Both the position numbers and the translations under genes were made by a program. The notes beneath the pieces were generated by a model. It saw nothing but the letters and a program-made list of their open reading frames with translations. It ran no database searches and was not told where the DNA came from. Shown piece after piece: positions 1-24,000 of a DNA stretch of 64,000 nucleotides; within the stretch, counting starts at the first letter, position 1, and every line of letters begins with the position of its first letter. This DNA comes from Macrostomum lignano. Taxonomy: Eukaryota. The DNA is taken from the NCBI GenBank assembly GCA_002269645.1, contig NIVC01001103.1, positions 264,847-328,846 of the forward strand. The letters run 5' to 3'.

Positions 1-209
1 ATGCGACACACACACACACACAGTAAAGGAACCAGTTCTTCTTCTTTGACTTATCTCGGCTGCCCTAGTGTAGCAGTCTGACAATGTTGTAGAATAACTT
101 ATAGCAGTTGAATTCAATCACCCGCATAGATTAGGACACCATTGATAGAAGATCCGCCCCTCACCAGTCTAACAACACAAATTAATCCGCGGCATTCTCA
201 CAGATCAAA

Positions 210-10030
<9,821 letters not shown>

Positions 10031-12056
10031 AACTACTGATTAAATTAGTAGTAAAATACGTTTTTGGACAGATATTGATAGAAGCGAGGTAAAATATTTT
10101 GCATCAACAGTAGAACTGCCAAACTGGCGGAACAATGCGTCACCTTCAAAACTTTCGAATATTTGAGGCAAGAATTGTGAGGCAGGAGTTTTGTTGATGC
10201 ACAATTTGTTCGAGATAGTAAAACTACCAATATTATGCCTACTACTTAAATTGTACTTGAATCAGTCTAGAAGGAATAATACAATAAAAATATTAGTAGA
10301 ACACAAAAATTTGCCTGAACTTTATCCTGTCAAACCGACCGATCGTTTGAATCTTTTGCAAGTGTACGCGTCGATCTACTTGTACTTAGGCAGGGATAAC
10401 TTCGGTCCGCGAAGCCTCTCTATCAGGCCCTCGGCCCTTTGAAACTTTGAAACAAAAGTAATCCCGTCCGCACAAGGTTGGTGTTTCAGTGTTTCTTCTC
10501 TCTCCCCTGCTCTCATCTTCTTTATTCCCTGGACTCTCCCTCTGCCCCGCAGTCATTATCTAGGTTCTCTACGTGACCTTTGAGGCCAAAAAAGGTTTGC
10601 AGACTTCAAATGATTCGTACAGCAGCTTTAAACAGGTCGGACATTGTGGCAACTGCTTGATCTCAATTATTTATTTTATTTAACTATGAAAATATAAATG
10701 CGACTTAAGGTCTCGCTACTGAAAGTAGGCTGTTCAAGTCACTTTTTTCTCAATGGGCCATCGGTGTGTTGCACAGTACTTGTAATTTTGTTTCTGACTG
10801 AAAGCTTGATTTGTAATTTAATTCTCACCTGAAGTTTTCTCCTTAAATTTAGCGAAGCTGTTAGTTAATAGACAGGCGAGCTCAAGTTCAGCGTGTGTTT
10901 CTGCCTCAATTCTTTCCTTCAGCTTTAGCAATAATTCAACTTTATAATCTGGCTTTCCCCCGAGGCAATCTTTAAGCTTTGATTCGACTCGCAATCGCTA
11001 TAATATTTTTATTACTATAATCAATGCAAAGTTTTAATTTTTCAATATTTTAATTAATATCAATGTCCCAGAGTACTTTTACTTTTCCCCCAAACCTTTT
11101 GGGTGTGACGGTATATTAATTTTATTAATCGTTGTGAACTTTGCGCATGTGTACGAGTAACCTGCTGCTGTTTAAATGGCCTAGTCAGTCTGTTCCTTCC
11201 TTGTTTGTCTTCTAATCTTGTTTATCAGTTGATTTTGTGTCCCCTTGCACACTTTGTACCAATGACCACTGTAGTATTACAGGGCGTAAAAATTCAAGAT
11301 CGGTAATTTTTAGGTATACAGAAAACAACAGTAACATGCTGCATTGAATAGCAACATTCGCTGCCCCAGATCAAAGGCAATCATTGATTTTGTGATGAAT
11401 AAATGATTGTTTCCTATCTCCGCAGCGATTTTTCCCAGGAAACTGGCTTTTTAAAAACTACACGATCTTTGAGTTTTACTTACTGTTATACAACAGTGGT
11501 CCTTGATTTATACAAGCATACGCATGGCAATTTGACCAATACTACTTACATTACTATATTATCGGCTAATAATAATATTATTAATGATATTTGATTTTGG
11601 ATTTTAACACAAGCATGCCAAAATAACAAACCCACTACAGCAATAATGCGCCTGCTAAAAAAAAATAATTTATCCGGCTCCCCCCCCGTCAGGCCGTCAG
11701 GTACTTAAAAATTGTTTTTCTTTAATTTTCACTTGCAATTTGACAAATATTTTTTGTTAAGCTTTTAGCTTACTTGATTGGTGCATTATGTCAGTTTTTC
11801 TGTGTCAATGTGTGTTTGATGAATCGCAATAACCCAAACATCTTGTTGGAATCTATATTTTAAGCTGTTTGCTAATTGTTATAGCTGCCCTCATTGGCTT
11901 GTCTTTTTTGTGGTGGACAATAAAAAAACTTGCAGATAAACAAAGCTGTTTTAAAATGCCTTTAAATCTGCTCGCCTATTTAAAGGCGTGTGCGAATGAA
12001 AATTAATTTTGCTGATGCTTCCACAGCAGCAGCTATACTGATACTTCTCACTCAAT

Positions 12057-15000
12057 GCTCATATCGGGGATTTCATATCTCCGACACTTCAGTTTAACAG
12101 TTTTTATCTCAAATCCAAAACTTCATATCTCCGGTTAGGGTTGGCGTTAAGCTTGTCGGAAATATGAAGTGTCGCAGATATGAAGACTCAGAGATATGAT
12201 TATGCAGTGTCGGTAATATGAAGACTCGGAGATATGATTATCCAGTGTCGGATATGAAGTGTCGGAGATGTGAAGCTCGGAGATATGAAGTGTCGGAGAT
12301 ATGAAGTGTCGGAGATAAGAAGTGTCGAAGATATGAAGTGTCAGATATGAAATCTTGGAGATATGAAGCTTAGAGGTATGAAGCTCGGAGATATGAAGCT
12401 CGGAGATATGAAGTGTCGCAGATATGTAGTGTCATATATGAAGTGTCGAGATATGAAGCTCGGAGGCATGAAGTGTCGGAGATATGAAGCTCGGAGGTAT
12501 GAAGTGTCGGAGATATGAAGCTCGGAGGTATGAAGTGTCGGAAATATGAAGCTCGGAGATATGAAGCTCGGAGGTATGAAGTGTCGGAGATATGAAGCTC
12601 GGAGATATGAAGCTCGGAGATATGAAGCTCGGAGATATGAAGTGTCGCAGATATGAAGCTCTTAGATATGAAGTGTCGCAGATATGAAGCTCGGAGATAT
12701 GAAGTGTCGATATGAAGTGTCGGAGATATGAAGTGTCAGATATGAAGTGTCAGATATGAAGTCTTGGAGATATGAAGTGTCAGATATGAAGTGTCGGAGA
12801 TATGAAGTGTCAGATATGAAGTGTCGGAGATATGAAGCTCGGAGATATGAAGCTCGGAGGTATGAAGTGTCGGAGATATGAAGCTCGGAGATATGAAGTG
12901 TCGGAGATATGAAGTGTCAGATATGAAGCTCGGAGATATGAAGTGTCGGAGATATGAAGTGTCAGATATGAAGCTTGGAGATATGTAGTGTCATATATGA
13001 AGTGTCGGAGATATGAAGTGTCGGAGATATGAAGTGTCAGATATGAAGCTTGGAGATATGAAGCTCGGAAATATAAAGCTTGGAGATATGAAGTGTCAGA
13101 GATATGAAGTGTCGTATATGAAGTGTCGGAGATATGAAGTCTTGGAGATATGAAGTGTCGGAGATATGAAGTCTTGGAGATATGAAGCTTGGAGATATGA
13201 AGTGTCGGAGATATGAAGTGTCGTATATGAAGTGTCGGAGATATGAAGTCTTGGAGATATGAAGTGTCGGAGATATGAAGCTCGGAGATATGAAGCTTGG
13301 AGATATGAAGTGTCGGAGATATGAAGCTCGGAGGTATGAAGTGTCGGAGATATGAAGTCTTGGAGATATGAAGTGTCGGAGATATGAAGTCTTGGAGATA
13401 TGAAGTGTCGGAGATATGAAGTCTTGGAGATATGAAGTGTCGGAGATATGAAGCTTGGAGATATGAAGTGTCGGAGATATGAAGCTCGGAGATATGAAGC
13501 TCGGAGATATGAAGCTCGGAGATATGAAGCTCGGAGATATGAAGCTCGGAGATATGAAGCTCGGAGATATGAAGCTCGGAGATATGAAGCTCGGAGATAT
13601 GAAGCTCGGAGGTATGAAGTGTCGGAGATATGAAGTGTCGGAGATGTGAAGCTCGGAGATATGAAGCTCGGAGATATGAAGCTCGGAGGTATGAAGTGTC
13701 GGAGATATGAAGTGTCGGAGATATGAAGTGTCGTATATGAAGTGTCGGAGATATGAAGCTCGGAGATATGAAGCTTGGAGATATGAAGCTCGGAGATATG
13801 AAGCTCGGAGATATGAAGTGTCGTATATGAAGTGTCGGAGATATGAAGCTCGGAGATATGAAGCTCGGAGATATGAAGCTCGGAGATATGAAGCTTGGAG
13901 ATATGAAGCTCGGAGATATGAAGCTCGGAGATATGAAGCTTGGAGATATGAAGCTCTGAGGTATGAAGTGTCGGAGATGTGAAGTGTCGGAGATGTGAAG
14001 CTCGGAGATATGAAGTGTCGTATATGAAGTGTCGGAGATATGAAGTCTTGGAGATATGAAGTGTCGGAGATATGAAGCTCGGAGATATGAAGCTTGGAGA
14101 TATGAAGCTCGGAGATATGAAGCTCGGAGATATGAAGCTCGGAGATATGAAGCTCGGAGATATGAAGCTCGGAGATATGAAGCTCGGAGATATGAAGCTC
14201 GTAGATATGAAGCTCGGAGGTATGAAGTGTCGGAGATATGAAGTGTCGGAGATGTGAAGCTCGGAGATATGAAGTGTCGTATATGAAGTGTCGGAGATAT
14301 GAAGTCTTGGAGATATGAAGTGTCGGAGATATGAAGCTCGGAGATATGAAGCTTGGAGATATGAAGCTCGGAGATATGAAGCTCGGAGATATGAAGCTCG
14401 GAGATATGAAGCTCGGAGATATGAAGCTCGGAGGTATGAAGCTCGGAGATATGAAGTGTCGGAGATGTGAAGCTCGGAGATATGAAGTGTCGGAGATATG
14501 AAGTGTCGGAGATGTGAAGCTCGGAGATATGAAGTGTCGTATATGAAGTGTCGGAGATATGAAGTCTTGGAGATATGAAGTGTCGGAGATATGAAGTCTT
14601 GGAGATATGAAGTGTCGGAGATATGAAGTCTTGGAGATATGAAGTGTCGGAGATATGAAGCTTGGAGATATGAAGCTCGGAGATATGAAGCTCGGAGATA
14701 TGAAGTGTCGGAGATGTGAAGCTCAGAGATATGAAGTGTCGTATATGAAGTGTCGGAGATATGAAGTCTTGGAGATATGAAGTGTCGGAGATATGAAGTC
14801 TTGGAGATATGAAGTGTCGGAGATATGAAGTGTCGAAGATATGAAGTGTCAGATATGAAATCTTGGAGATATGAAGCTTAGAGGTATGAAGCTCGGAGAT
14901 ATGAAGCTCGGAGATATGAAGTGTCGCAGATATGTAGTGTCATATATGAAGTGTCGAGATATGAAGCTCGGAGGCATGAAGTGTCGGAGATATGAAGCTC

Positions 15001-18000
15001 GGAGGTATGAAGTGTCGGAGATATGAAGCTCGGAGGTATGAAGTGTCGGAAATATGAAGCTCGGAGATATGAAGCTCGGAGGTATGAAGTGTCGGAGATA
15101 TGAAGCTCGGAGATATGAAGCTCGGAGATATGAAGCTCGGAGATATGAAGTGTCGCAGATATAAAGCTCTTAGATATGAAGTGTCGCAGATATGAAGCTC
15201 GGAGATATGAAGTGTCGATATGAAGTGTCGGAGATATGAAGTGTCAGATATGAAGTGTCAGATATGAAGTCTTGGAGATATGAAGTGTCAGATATGAAGT
15301 GTCGGAGATATGAAGTGTCAGATATGAAGTGTCGGAGATATGAAGCTCGGAGATATGAAGCTCGGGGGTATGAAGTGTCGGAGATATGAAGCTCGGAGAT
15401 ATGAAGTGTCGGAGATATGAAGTGTCAGATATGAAGCTCGGAGATATGAAGTGTCGGAGATATGAAGTGTCAGATATGAAGCTTGGAGATATGTAGTGTC
15501 ATATATGAAGTGTCGGAGATATGAAGTGTCGGAGATATGAAGTGTCAGATATGAAGCTTGGAGATATGAAGCTCGGAGATATGAAGCTTGGAGATATGAA
15601 GTGTCAGAGATATGAAGTGTCGTATATGAAGTGTCGGAGATATGAAGTGTCAGATATGAAGCTTGGAGATATGAAGCTCGGAGATATGAAGCTTGGAGAT
15701 ATGAAGTGTCAGAGATATGAAGTGTCGTATATGAAGTGTCGGAGATATGAAGTCTTGGAGATATGAAGTGTCGGAGATATGAAGTCTTGGAGATATGAAG
15801 CTTGGAGATATGAAGTGTCAGAGATATGAAGTGTCGTATATGAAGTGTCGGAGATATGAAGTCTTGGAGATATGAAGTGTCGGAGATATGAAGCTCGGAG
15901 ATATGAAGCTTGGAGATATGAAGCTCGGAGATATGAAGCTCGGAGGTATGAAGCTCGGAGATATGAAGCTCGGAGATATGAAGCTCGGAGGTATGAAGCT
16001 CGGAGATATGAAGTGTCGGAGATGTGAAGCTCGGAGATATGAAGTGTCGGAGATATGAAGTGTCGGAGATGTGAAGCTCGGAGATATGAAGTGTCGTATA
16101 TGAAGTGTCGGAGATATGAAGTCTTGGAGATATGAAGTGTCGGAGATATGAAGTCTTGGAGATATGAAGTGTCGGAGATATGAAGTCTTGGAGATATGAA
16201 GTGTCGGAGATATGAAGCTTGGAGATATGAAGCTCGGAGATATGAAGCTCGGAGATATGAAGTGTCGGAGATGTGAAGCTCGGAGATATGAAGTGTCGTA
16301 TATGAAGTGTCGGAGATATGAAGTCTTGGAGATATGAAGTGTCGGAGATATGAAGTCTTGGAGATATGAAGTGTCGGAGATATGAAGTGTCGAAGATATG
16401 AAGTGTCAGATATGAAATCTTGGAGATATGAAGCTTAGAGGTATGAAGCTCGGAGATATGAAGCTCGGAGATATGAAGTGTCGCAGATATGTAGTGTCAT
16501 ATATGAAGTGTCGAGATATGAAGCTCGGAGGTATGAAGTGTCGGAGATATGAAGCTCGGAGGTATGAAGTGTCGGAGATATGAAGCTCGGAGGTATGAAG
16601 TGTCGGAAATATGAAGCTCGGAGATATGAAGCTCGGAGGTATGAAGTGTCGGAGATATGAAGCTCGGAGATATGAAGCTCGGAGATATGAAGCTCGGAGA
16701 TATGAAGTGTCGCAGATATGAAGCTCTTAGATATGAAGTGTCGCAGATATGAAGCTCGGAGATATGAAGTGTCGATATGAAGTGTCGGAGATATGAAGTG
16801 TCAGATATGAAGTGTCGTATATGAAGTCTTGGAGATATGAAGTGTCAGATATGAAGTGTCGGAGATATGAAGTGTCAGATATGAAGTGTCGGAGATATGA
16901 AGCTCGGAGATATGAAGCTCGGAGGTATGAAGTGTCGGAGATATGAAGCTCGGAGATATGAAGTGTCGGAGATATGAAGTGTCAGATATGAAGCTCGGAG
17001 ATATGAAGTGTCGGAGATATGAAGTGTCAGATATGAAGCTTGGAGATATGTAGTGTCATATATGAAGTGTCGGAGATATGAAGTGTCGGAGATATGAAGT
17101 GTCAGATATGAAGCTTGGAGATATGAAGCTCGGAGATATGAAGCTTGGAGATATGAAGTGTCAGAGATATGAAGTGTCGTATATGAAGTGTCGGAGATAT
17201 GAAGTCTTGGAGATATGAAGTGTCGGAGATATGAAGTCTTGGAGATATGAAGCTTGGAGATATGAAGTGTCAGAGATATGAAGTGTCGTATATGAAGTGT
17301 CGGAGATATGAAGTCTTGGAGATATGAAGTGTCGGAGATATGAAGTCTTGGAGATATGAAGCTTGGAGATATGAAGTGTCGGAGATATGAAGTGTCGTAT
17401 ATGAAGTGTCGGAGATATGAAGTCTTGGAGATATGAAGTGTCGGAGATATGAAGCTCGGAGATATGAAGCTTGGAGATATGAAGTGTCGGAGATATGAAG
17501 CTCGGAGGTATGAAGTGTCGGAGATATGAAGTCTTGGAGATATGAAGTGTCGGAGATATGAAGTCTTGGAGATATGAAGTGTCGGAGATATGAAGTCTTG
17601 GAGATATGAAGTGTCGGAGATATGAAGCTTGGAGATATGAAGTGTCGGAGATATGAAGCTCGGAGATATGAAGCTCGGAGATATGAAGCTCGGAGATATG
17701 AAGCTCGGAGATATGAAGCTCGGAGATATGAAGCTCGGAGATATGAAGCTCGGAGATATGAAGCTCGGAGATATGAAGCTCGGAGGTATGAAGTGTCGGA
17801 GATATGAAGTGTCGGAGATGTGAAGCTCGGAGATATGAAGCTCGGAGATATGAAGCTCGGAGGTATGAAGTGTCGGAGATATGAAGTGTCGGAGATATGA
17901 AGTGTCGTATATGAAGTGTCGGAGATATGAAGCTCGGAGATATGAAGCTTGGAGATATGAAGCTCGGAGATATGAAGCTCGGAGATATGAAGTGTCGTAT

Positions 18001-21000
18001 ATGAAGTGTCGGAGATATGAAGCTCGGAGATATGAAGCTCGGAGATATGAAGCTCGGAGATATGAAGCTTGGAGATATGAAGCTTGGAGATATGAAGCTC
18101 GGAGATATGAAGCTCGGAGATATGAAGCTTGGAGATATGAAGCTCGGAGATATGAAGCTCGGAGATATGAAGCTTGGAGATATGAAGCTCTGAGGTATGA
18201 AGTGTCGGAGATATGAAGTGTCGGAGATGTGAAGCTCGGAGATATGAAGTGTCGTATATGAAGTGTCGGAGATATGAAGTCTTGGAGATATGAAGTGTCG
18301 GAGATATGAAGCTCGGAGATATGAAGCTTGGAGATATGAAGCTCGGAGATATGAAGCTCGGAGATATGAAGCTCGGAGATATGAAGCTCGGAGATATGAA
18401 GCTCGGAGGTATGAAGTGTCGGAGATATGAAGCTCGGAGGTATGAAGTGTCGGAAATATGAAGCTCGGAGATATGAAGCTCGGAGGTATGAAGTGTCGGA
18501 GATATGAAGCTCGGAGATATGAAGCTCGGAGATATGAAGCTCGGAGATATGAAGTGTCGCAGATATGAAGCTCTTAGATATGAAGTGTCGCAGATATGAA
18601 GCTCGGAGATATGAAGTGTCGATATGAAGTGTCGGAGATATGAAGTGTCAGATATGAAGTGTCAGATATGAAGTCTTGGAGATATGAAGTGTCAGATATG
18701 AAGTGTCGGAGATATGAAGTGTCAGATATGAAGTGTCGGAGATATGAAGCTCGGAGATATGAAGCTCGGAGGTATGAAGTGTCGGAGATATGAAGCTTGG
18801 AGATATGAAGTGTCGGAGATATGAAGTGTCAGATATGAAGCTCGGAGATATGAAGTGTCGGAGATATGAAGTGTCAGATATGAAGCTTGGAGATATGTAG
18901 TGTCATATATGAAGTGTCGGAGATATGAAGTGTCGGAGATATGAAGTGTCAGATATGAAGCTTGGAGATATGAAGCTCGGAGATATGAAGCTTGGAGATA
19001 TGAAGTGTCAGAGATATGAAGTGTCGTATATGAAGTGTCGGAGATATGAAGTCTTGGAGATATGAAGTGTCGGAGATATGAACTCTTGGAGATATGAAGC
19101 TTGGAGATATGAAGTGTCAGAGATATGAAGTGTCGTATATGAAGTGTCGGAGATATGAAGTCTTGGAGATATGAAGTGTCGGAGATATGAAGTCTTGGAG
19201 ATATGAAGCTTGGAGATATGAAGTGTCGGAGATATGAAGTGTCGTATATGAAGTGTCGGAGATATGAAGTCTTGGAGATATGAAGTGTCGGAGATATGAA
19301 GCTCGGAGATATGAAGCTTGGAGATATGAAGTGTCGGAGATATGAAGCTCGGAGGTATGAAGTGTCGGAGATATGAAGTGTCGGAGATATGAAGCTCGGA
19401 GGTATGAAGTGTCGGAGATATGAAGTCTTGGAGATATGAAGTGTCGGAGATATGAAGTCTTGGAGATATGAAGTGTCGGAGATATGAAGCTTGGAGATAT
19501 GAAGTGTCGGAGATATGAAGCTCGGAGATATGAAGCTCGGAGATATGAAGCTCGGAGATATGAAGCTCGGAGATATGAAGCTTGGAGATATGAAGTGTCA
19601 GAGATATGAAGTGTCGTATATGAAGTGTCGGAGATATGAAGTCTTGGAGATATGAAGTGTCGGAGATATGAAGTCTTGGAGATATGAAGCTTGGAGATAT
19701 GAAGTGTCAGAGATATGAAGTGTCGTATATGAAGTGTCGGAGATATGAAGTCTTGGAGATATGAAGTGTCGGAGATATGAAGTCTTGGAGATATGAAGCT
19801 TGGAGATATGAAGTGTCGGAGATATGAAGTGTCGTATATGAAGTGTCGGAGATATGAAGTCTTGGAGATATGAAGTGTCGGAGATATGAAGCTCGGAGAT
19901 ATGAAGCTTGGAGATATGAAGTGTCGGAGATATGAAGCTCGGAGGTATGAAGTGTCGGAGATATGAAGTCTTGGAGATATGAAGTGTCGGAGATATGAAG
20001 TCTTGGAGATATGAAGTGTCGGAGATATGAAGTCTTGGAGATATGAAGTGTCGGAGATATGAAGCTTGGAGATATGAAGTGTCGGAGATATGAAGCTCGG
20101 AGATATGAAGCTCGGAGATATGAAGCTCGGAGATATGAAGCTCGGAGATATGAAGCTCGGAGATATGAAGCTCGGAGATATGAAGCTCGGAGATATGAAG
20201 CTCGGAGGTATGAAGTGTCGGAGATATGAAGTGTCGGAGATGTGAAGCTCGGAGATATGAAGCTCGGAGATATGAAGCTCGGAGGTATGAAGTGTCGGAG
20301 ATATGAAGTGTCGGAGATATGAAGTGTCGTATATGAAGTGTCGGAGATATGAAGCTCGGAGATATGAAGCTTGGAGATATGAAGCTCGGAGATATGAAGC
20401 TCGGAGATATGAAGTGTCGTATATGAAGTGTCGGAGATATGAAGCTCGGAGATATGAAGCTCGGAGATATGAAGCTCGGAGATATGAAGCTTGTAGATAT
20501 GAAGCTTGGAGATATGAAGCTCGGAGATATGAAGCTCGGAGATATGAAGCTTGGAGATATGAAGCTCGGAGATATGAAGCTCGGAGATATGAAGCTTGGA
20601 GATATGAAGCTCTGAGGTATGAAGTGTCGGAGATATGAAGTGTCGGAGATGTGAAGCTCGGAGATATGAAGTGTCGTATATGAAGTGTCGGAGATATGAA
20701 GTCTTGGAGATATGAAGTGTCGGAGATATGAAGCTCGGAGATATGAAGCTTGGAGATATGAAGCTCGGAGATATGAAGCTCGGAGATATGAAGCTCGGAG
20801 ATATGAAGCTCGGAGATATGAAGCTCGGAGATATGAAGCTCGGAGATATGAAGCTCGGAGATATGAAGCTCGGAGGTATGAAGTGTCGGAGATATGAAGT
20901 GTCGGAGATGTGAAGCTCGGAGATATGAAGTGTCGTATATGAAGTGTCGGAGATATGAAGTCTTGGAGATATGAAGTGTCGGAGATATGAAGCTCGGAGA

Positions 21001-24000
21001 TATGAAGCTTGGAGATATGAAGCTCGGAGATATGAAGCTCGGAGATATGAAGCTCGGAGATATGAAGCTCGGAGATATGAAGCTCGGAGGTATGAAGCTC
21101 GGAGATATGAAGTGTCGGAGATGTGAAGCTCGGAGATATGAAGTGTCGGAGATATGAAGTGTCGGAGATGTGAAGCTCGGAGATATGAAGTGTCGTATAT
21201 GAAGTGTCGGAGATATGAAGTCTTGGAGATATGAAGTGTCGGAGATATGAAGTCTTGGAGATATGAAGTGTCGGAGATATGAAGTCTTGGAGATATGAAG
21301 TGTCGGAGATATGAAGCTTGGAGATATGAAGCTCGGAGATATGAAGCTCGGAGATATGAAGTGTCGGAGATGTGAAGCTCGGAGATATGAAGTGTCATAT
21401 AAGAAGTGTCGGAGATATGAAGTCTTGGAGATATGAAGTGTCGGAGATATGAAGTCTTGGAGATATGAAGTGTCGGAGATATGAAGTGTCGAAGATATGA
21501 AGTGTCAGATATGAAATCTTGGAGATATGAAGCTTAGAGGTATGAAGCTCGGAGATATGAAGCTCGGAGATATGAAGTGTCGCAGATATGTAGTGTCATA
21601 TATGAAGTGTCGAGATATGAAGCTCGGAGGTATGAAGTGTCGGAGATATGAAGCTCGGAGGTATGAAGTGTCGGAGATATAAAGCTCGGAGGTATGAAGT
21701 GTCGGAAATATGAAGCTCGGAGATATGAAGCTCGGAGGTATGAAGTGTCGGAGATATGAAGCTCGGAGATATGAAGCTCGGAGATATGAAGCTCGGAGAT
21801 ATGAAGTGTCGCAGATATGAAGCTCTTAGATATGAAGTGTCGCAGATATGAAGCTCGGAGATATGAAGTGTCGATATGAAGTGTCGGAGATATGAAGTGT
21901 CAGATATGAAGTGTCAGATATGAAGTCTTGGAGATATGAAGTGTCAGATATGAAGTGTCGGAGATATGAAGTGTCAGATATGAAGTTTCGGAGATATGAA
22001 GCTCGGAGATATGAAGCTCGGAGGTATGAAGTGTCGGAGATATGAAGCTCGGAGATATGAAGTGTCGGAGATATGAAGTGTCAGATATGAAGCTCGGAGA
22101 TATGAAGTGTCGGAGATATGAAGTGTCAGATATGAAGCTTGGAGATATGTAGTGTCATATATGAAGTGTCGGAGATATGAAGTGTCGGAGATATGAAGTG
22201 TCAGATATGAAGCTTGGAGATATGAAGCTCGGAGATATGAAGCTTGGAGATATGAAGTGTCAGAGATATGAAGTGTCGTATATGAAGTGTCGGAGATATG
22301 AAGTCTTGGAGATATGAAGTGTCGGAGATATGAAGTCTTGGAGATATGAAGCTTGGAGATATGAAGTGTCGGAGATATGAAGTGTCGTATATGAAGTGTC
22401 GGAGATATGAAGTCTTGGAGATATGAAGTGTCGGAGATATGAAGCTCGGAGATATGAAGCTCGGAGGTATGAAGCTCGGAGATATGAAGTGTCGGAGATG
22501 TGAAGCTCGGAGATATGAAGTGTCGGAGATATGAAGTGTCGGAGATATGAAGTGTCGGAGATGTGAAGCTCGGAGATATGAAGTGTCGTATATGAAGTGT
22601 CGGAGATATGAAGTCTTGGAGATATGAAGTGTCGGAGATATGAAGTCTTGGAGATATGAAGTGTCGGAGATATGAAGTCTTGGAGATATGAAGTGTCGGA
22701 GATATGAAGCTTGGAGATATGAAGCTCGGAGATATGAAGTGTCGGAGATATGAAGCTCGGAGATATGAAGCTCGGAGATATGAAGCTCGGAGATATGAAG
22801 CTCGTAGATATGAAGCTCGGAGGTATGAAGCTCGGAGATATGAAGCTCGGAGATATGAAGCTCGTAGATATGAAGCTCGGAGGTATGAAGTGTCGGAAAT
22901 ATTAAAGAGGTGCATTCGGAGATATGAAGTCTTGGAGATATGAAGTGTCGGAGATATGAAGCTTGGAGATATGAAGCTCGGAGATATGAAGCTGGTAGAT
23001 ATGAAGCTCGGAGATATGAAGCTCGTAGATATGAAGCTCGGAGGTATGAAGCTCGGAGATATGAAGCTCGGAGATATGAAGCTCGGAGATATGAAGCTTG
23101 GAGATATGAAGCTCGGAGATATGAAGCTCGGAGATATGAAGCTTGGAGATATGAAGCTCTGAGGTATGAAGTGTCGGAGATATGAAGTGTCGGAGATGTG
23201 AAGCTCGGAGATATGAAGTGTCGTATATGAAGTGTCGGAGATATGAAGTCTTGGAGATATGAAGTGTCGGAGATATGAAGCTCGGAGATATGAAGCTTGG
23301 AGATATGAAGCTCGGAGATATGAAGCTCGGAGATATGAAGCTCGGAGATATGAAGCTCGGAGATATGAAGCTCGGAGATATGAAGCTCGTAGATATGAAG
23401 CTCGGAGGTATGAAGTGTCGGAGATATGAAGTGTCGGAGATGTGAAGCTCGGAGATATGAAGTGTCGTATATGAAGTGTCGGAGATATGAAGTCTTGGAG
23501 ATATGAAGTGTCGGAGATATGAAGCTCGGAGATATGAAGCTTGGAGATATGAAGCTCGGAGATATGAAGCTCGGAGATATGAAGCTCGGAGATATGAAGC
23601 TCGGAGATATGAAGCTCGGAGGTATGAAGCTCGGAGATATGAAGTGTCGGAGATGTGAAGCTCGGAGATATGAAGTGTCGGAGATATGAAGTGTCGGAGA
23701 TGTGAAGCTCGGAGATATGAAGTGTCGTATATGAAGTGTCGGAGATATGAAGTCTTGGAGATATGAAGTGTCGGAGATATGAAGTCTTGGAGATATGAAG
23801 TGTCGGAGATATGAAGTCTTGGAGATATGAAGTCTTGGAGATATGAAGTCTTGGAGATATGAAGTCTTGGAGATATGAAGTGTCGTATATGAAGCTCGGA
23901 GATATGAAGTGTCGGAGATATGAAGCTTGGAGATATGAAGCTCGGAGATATGAAGCTCGGAGATATGAAGTGTCGGAGATGTGAAGCTCGGAGATATGAA

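Noticed and set aside
12133-12142. GGTTAGGGTT as an interstitial telomere
   Set aside because: Fewer than two units; treated only as the hinge of the putative foldback element.
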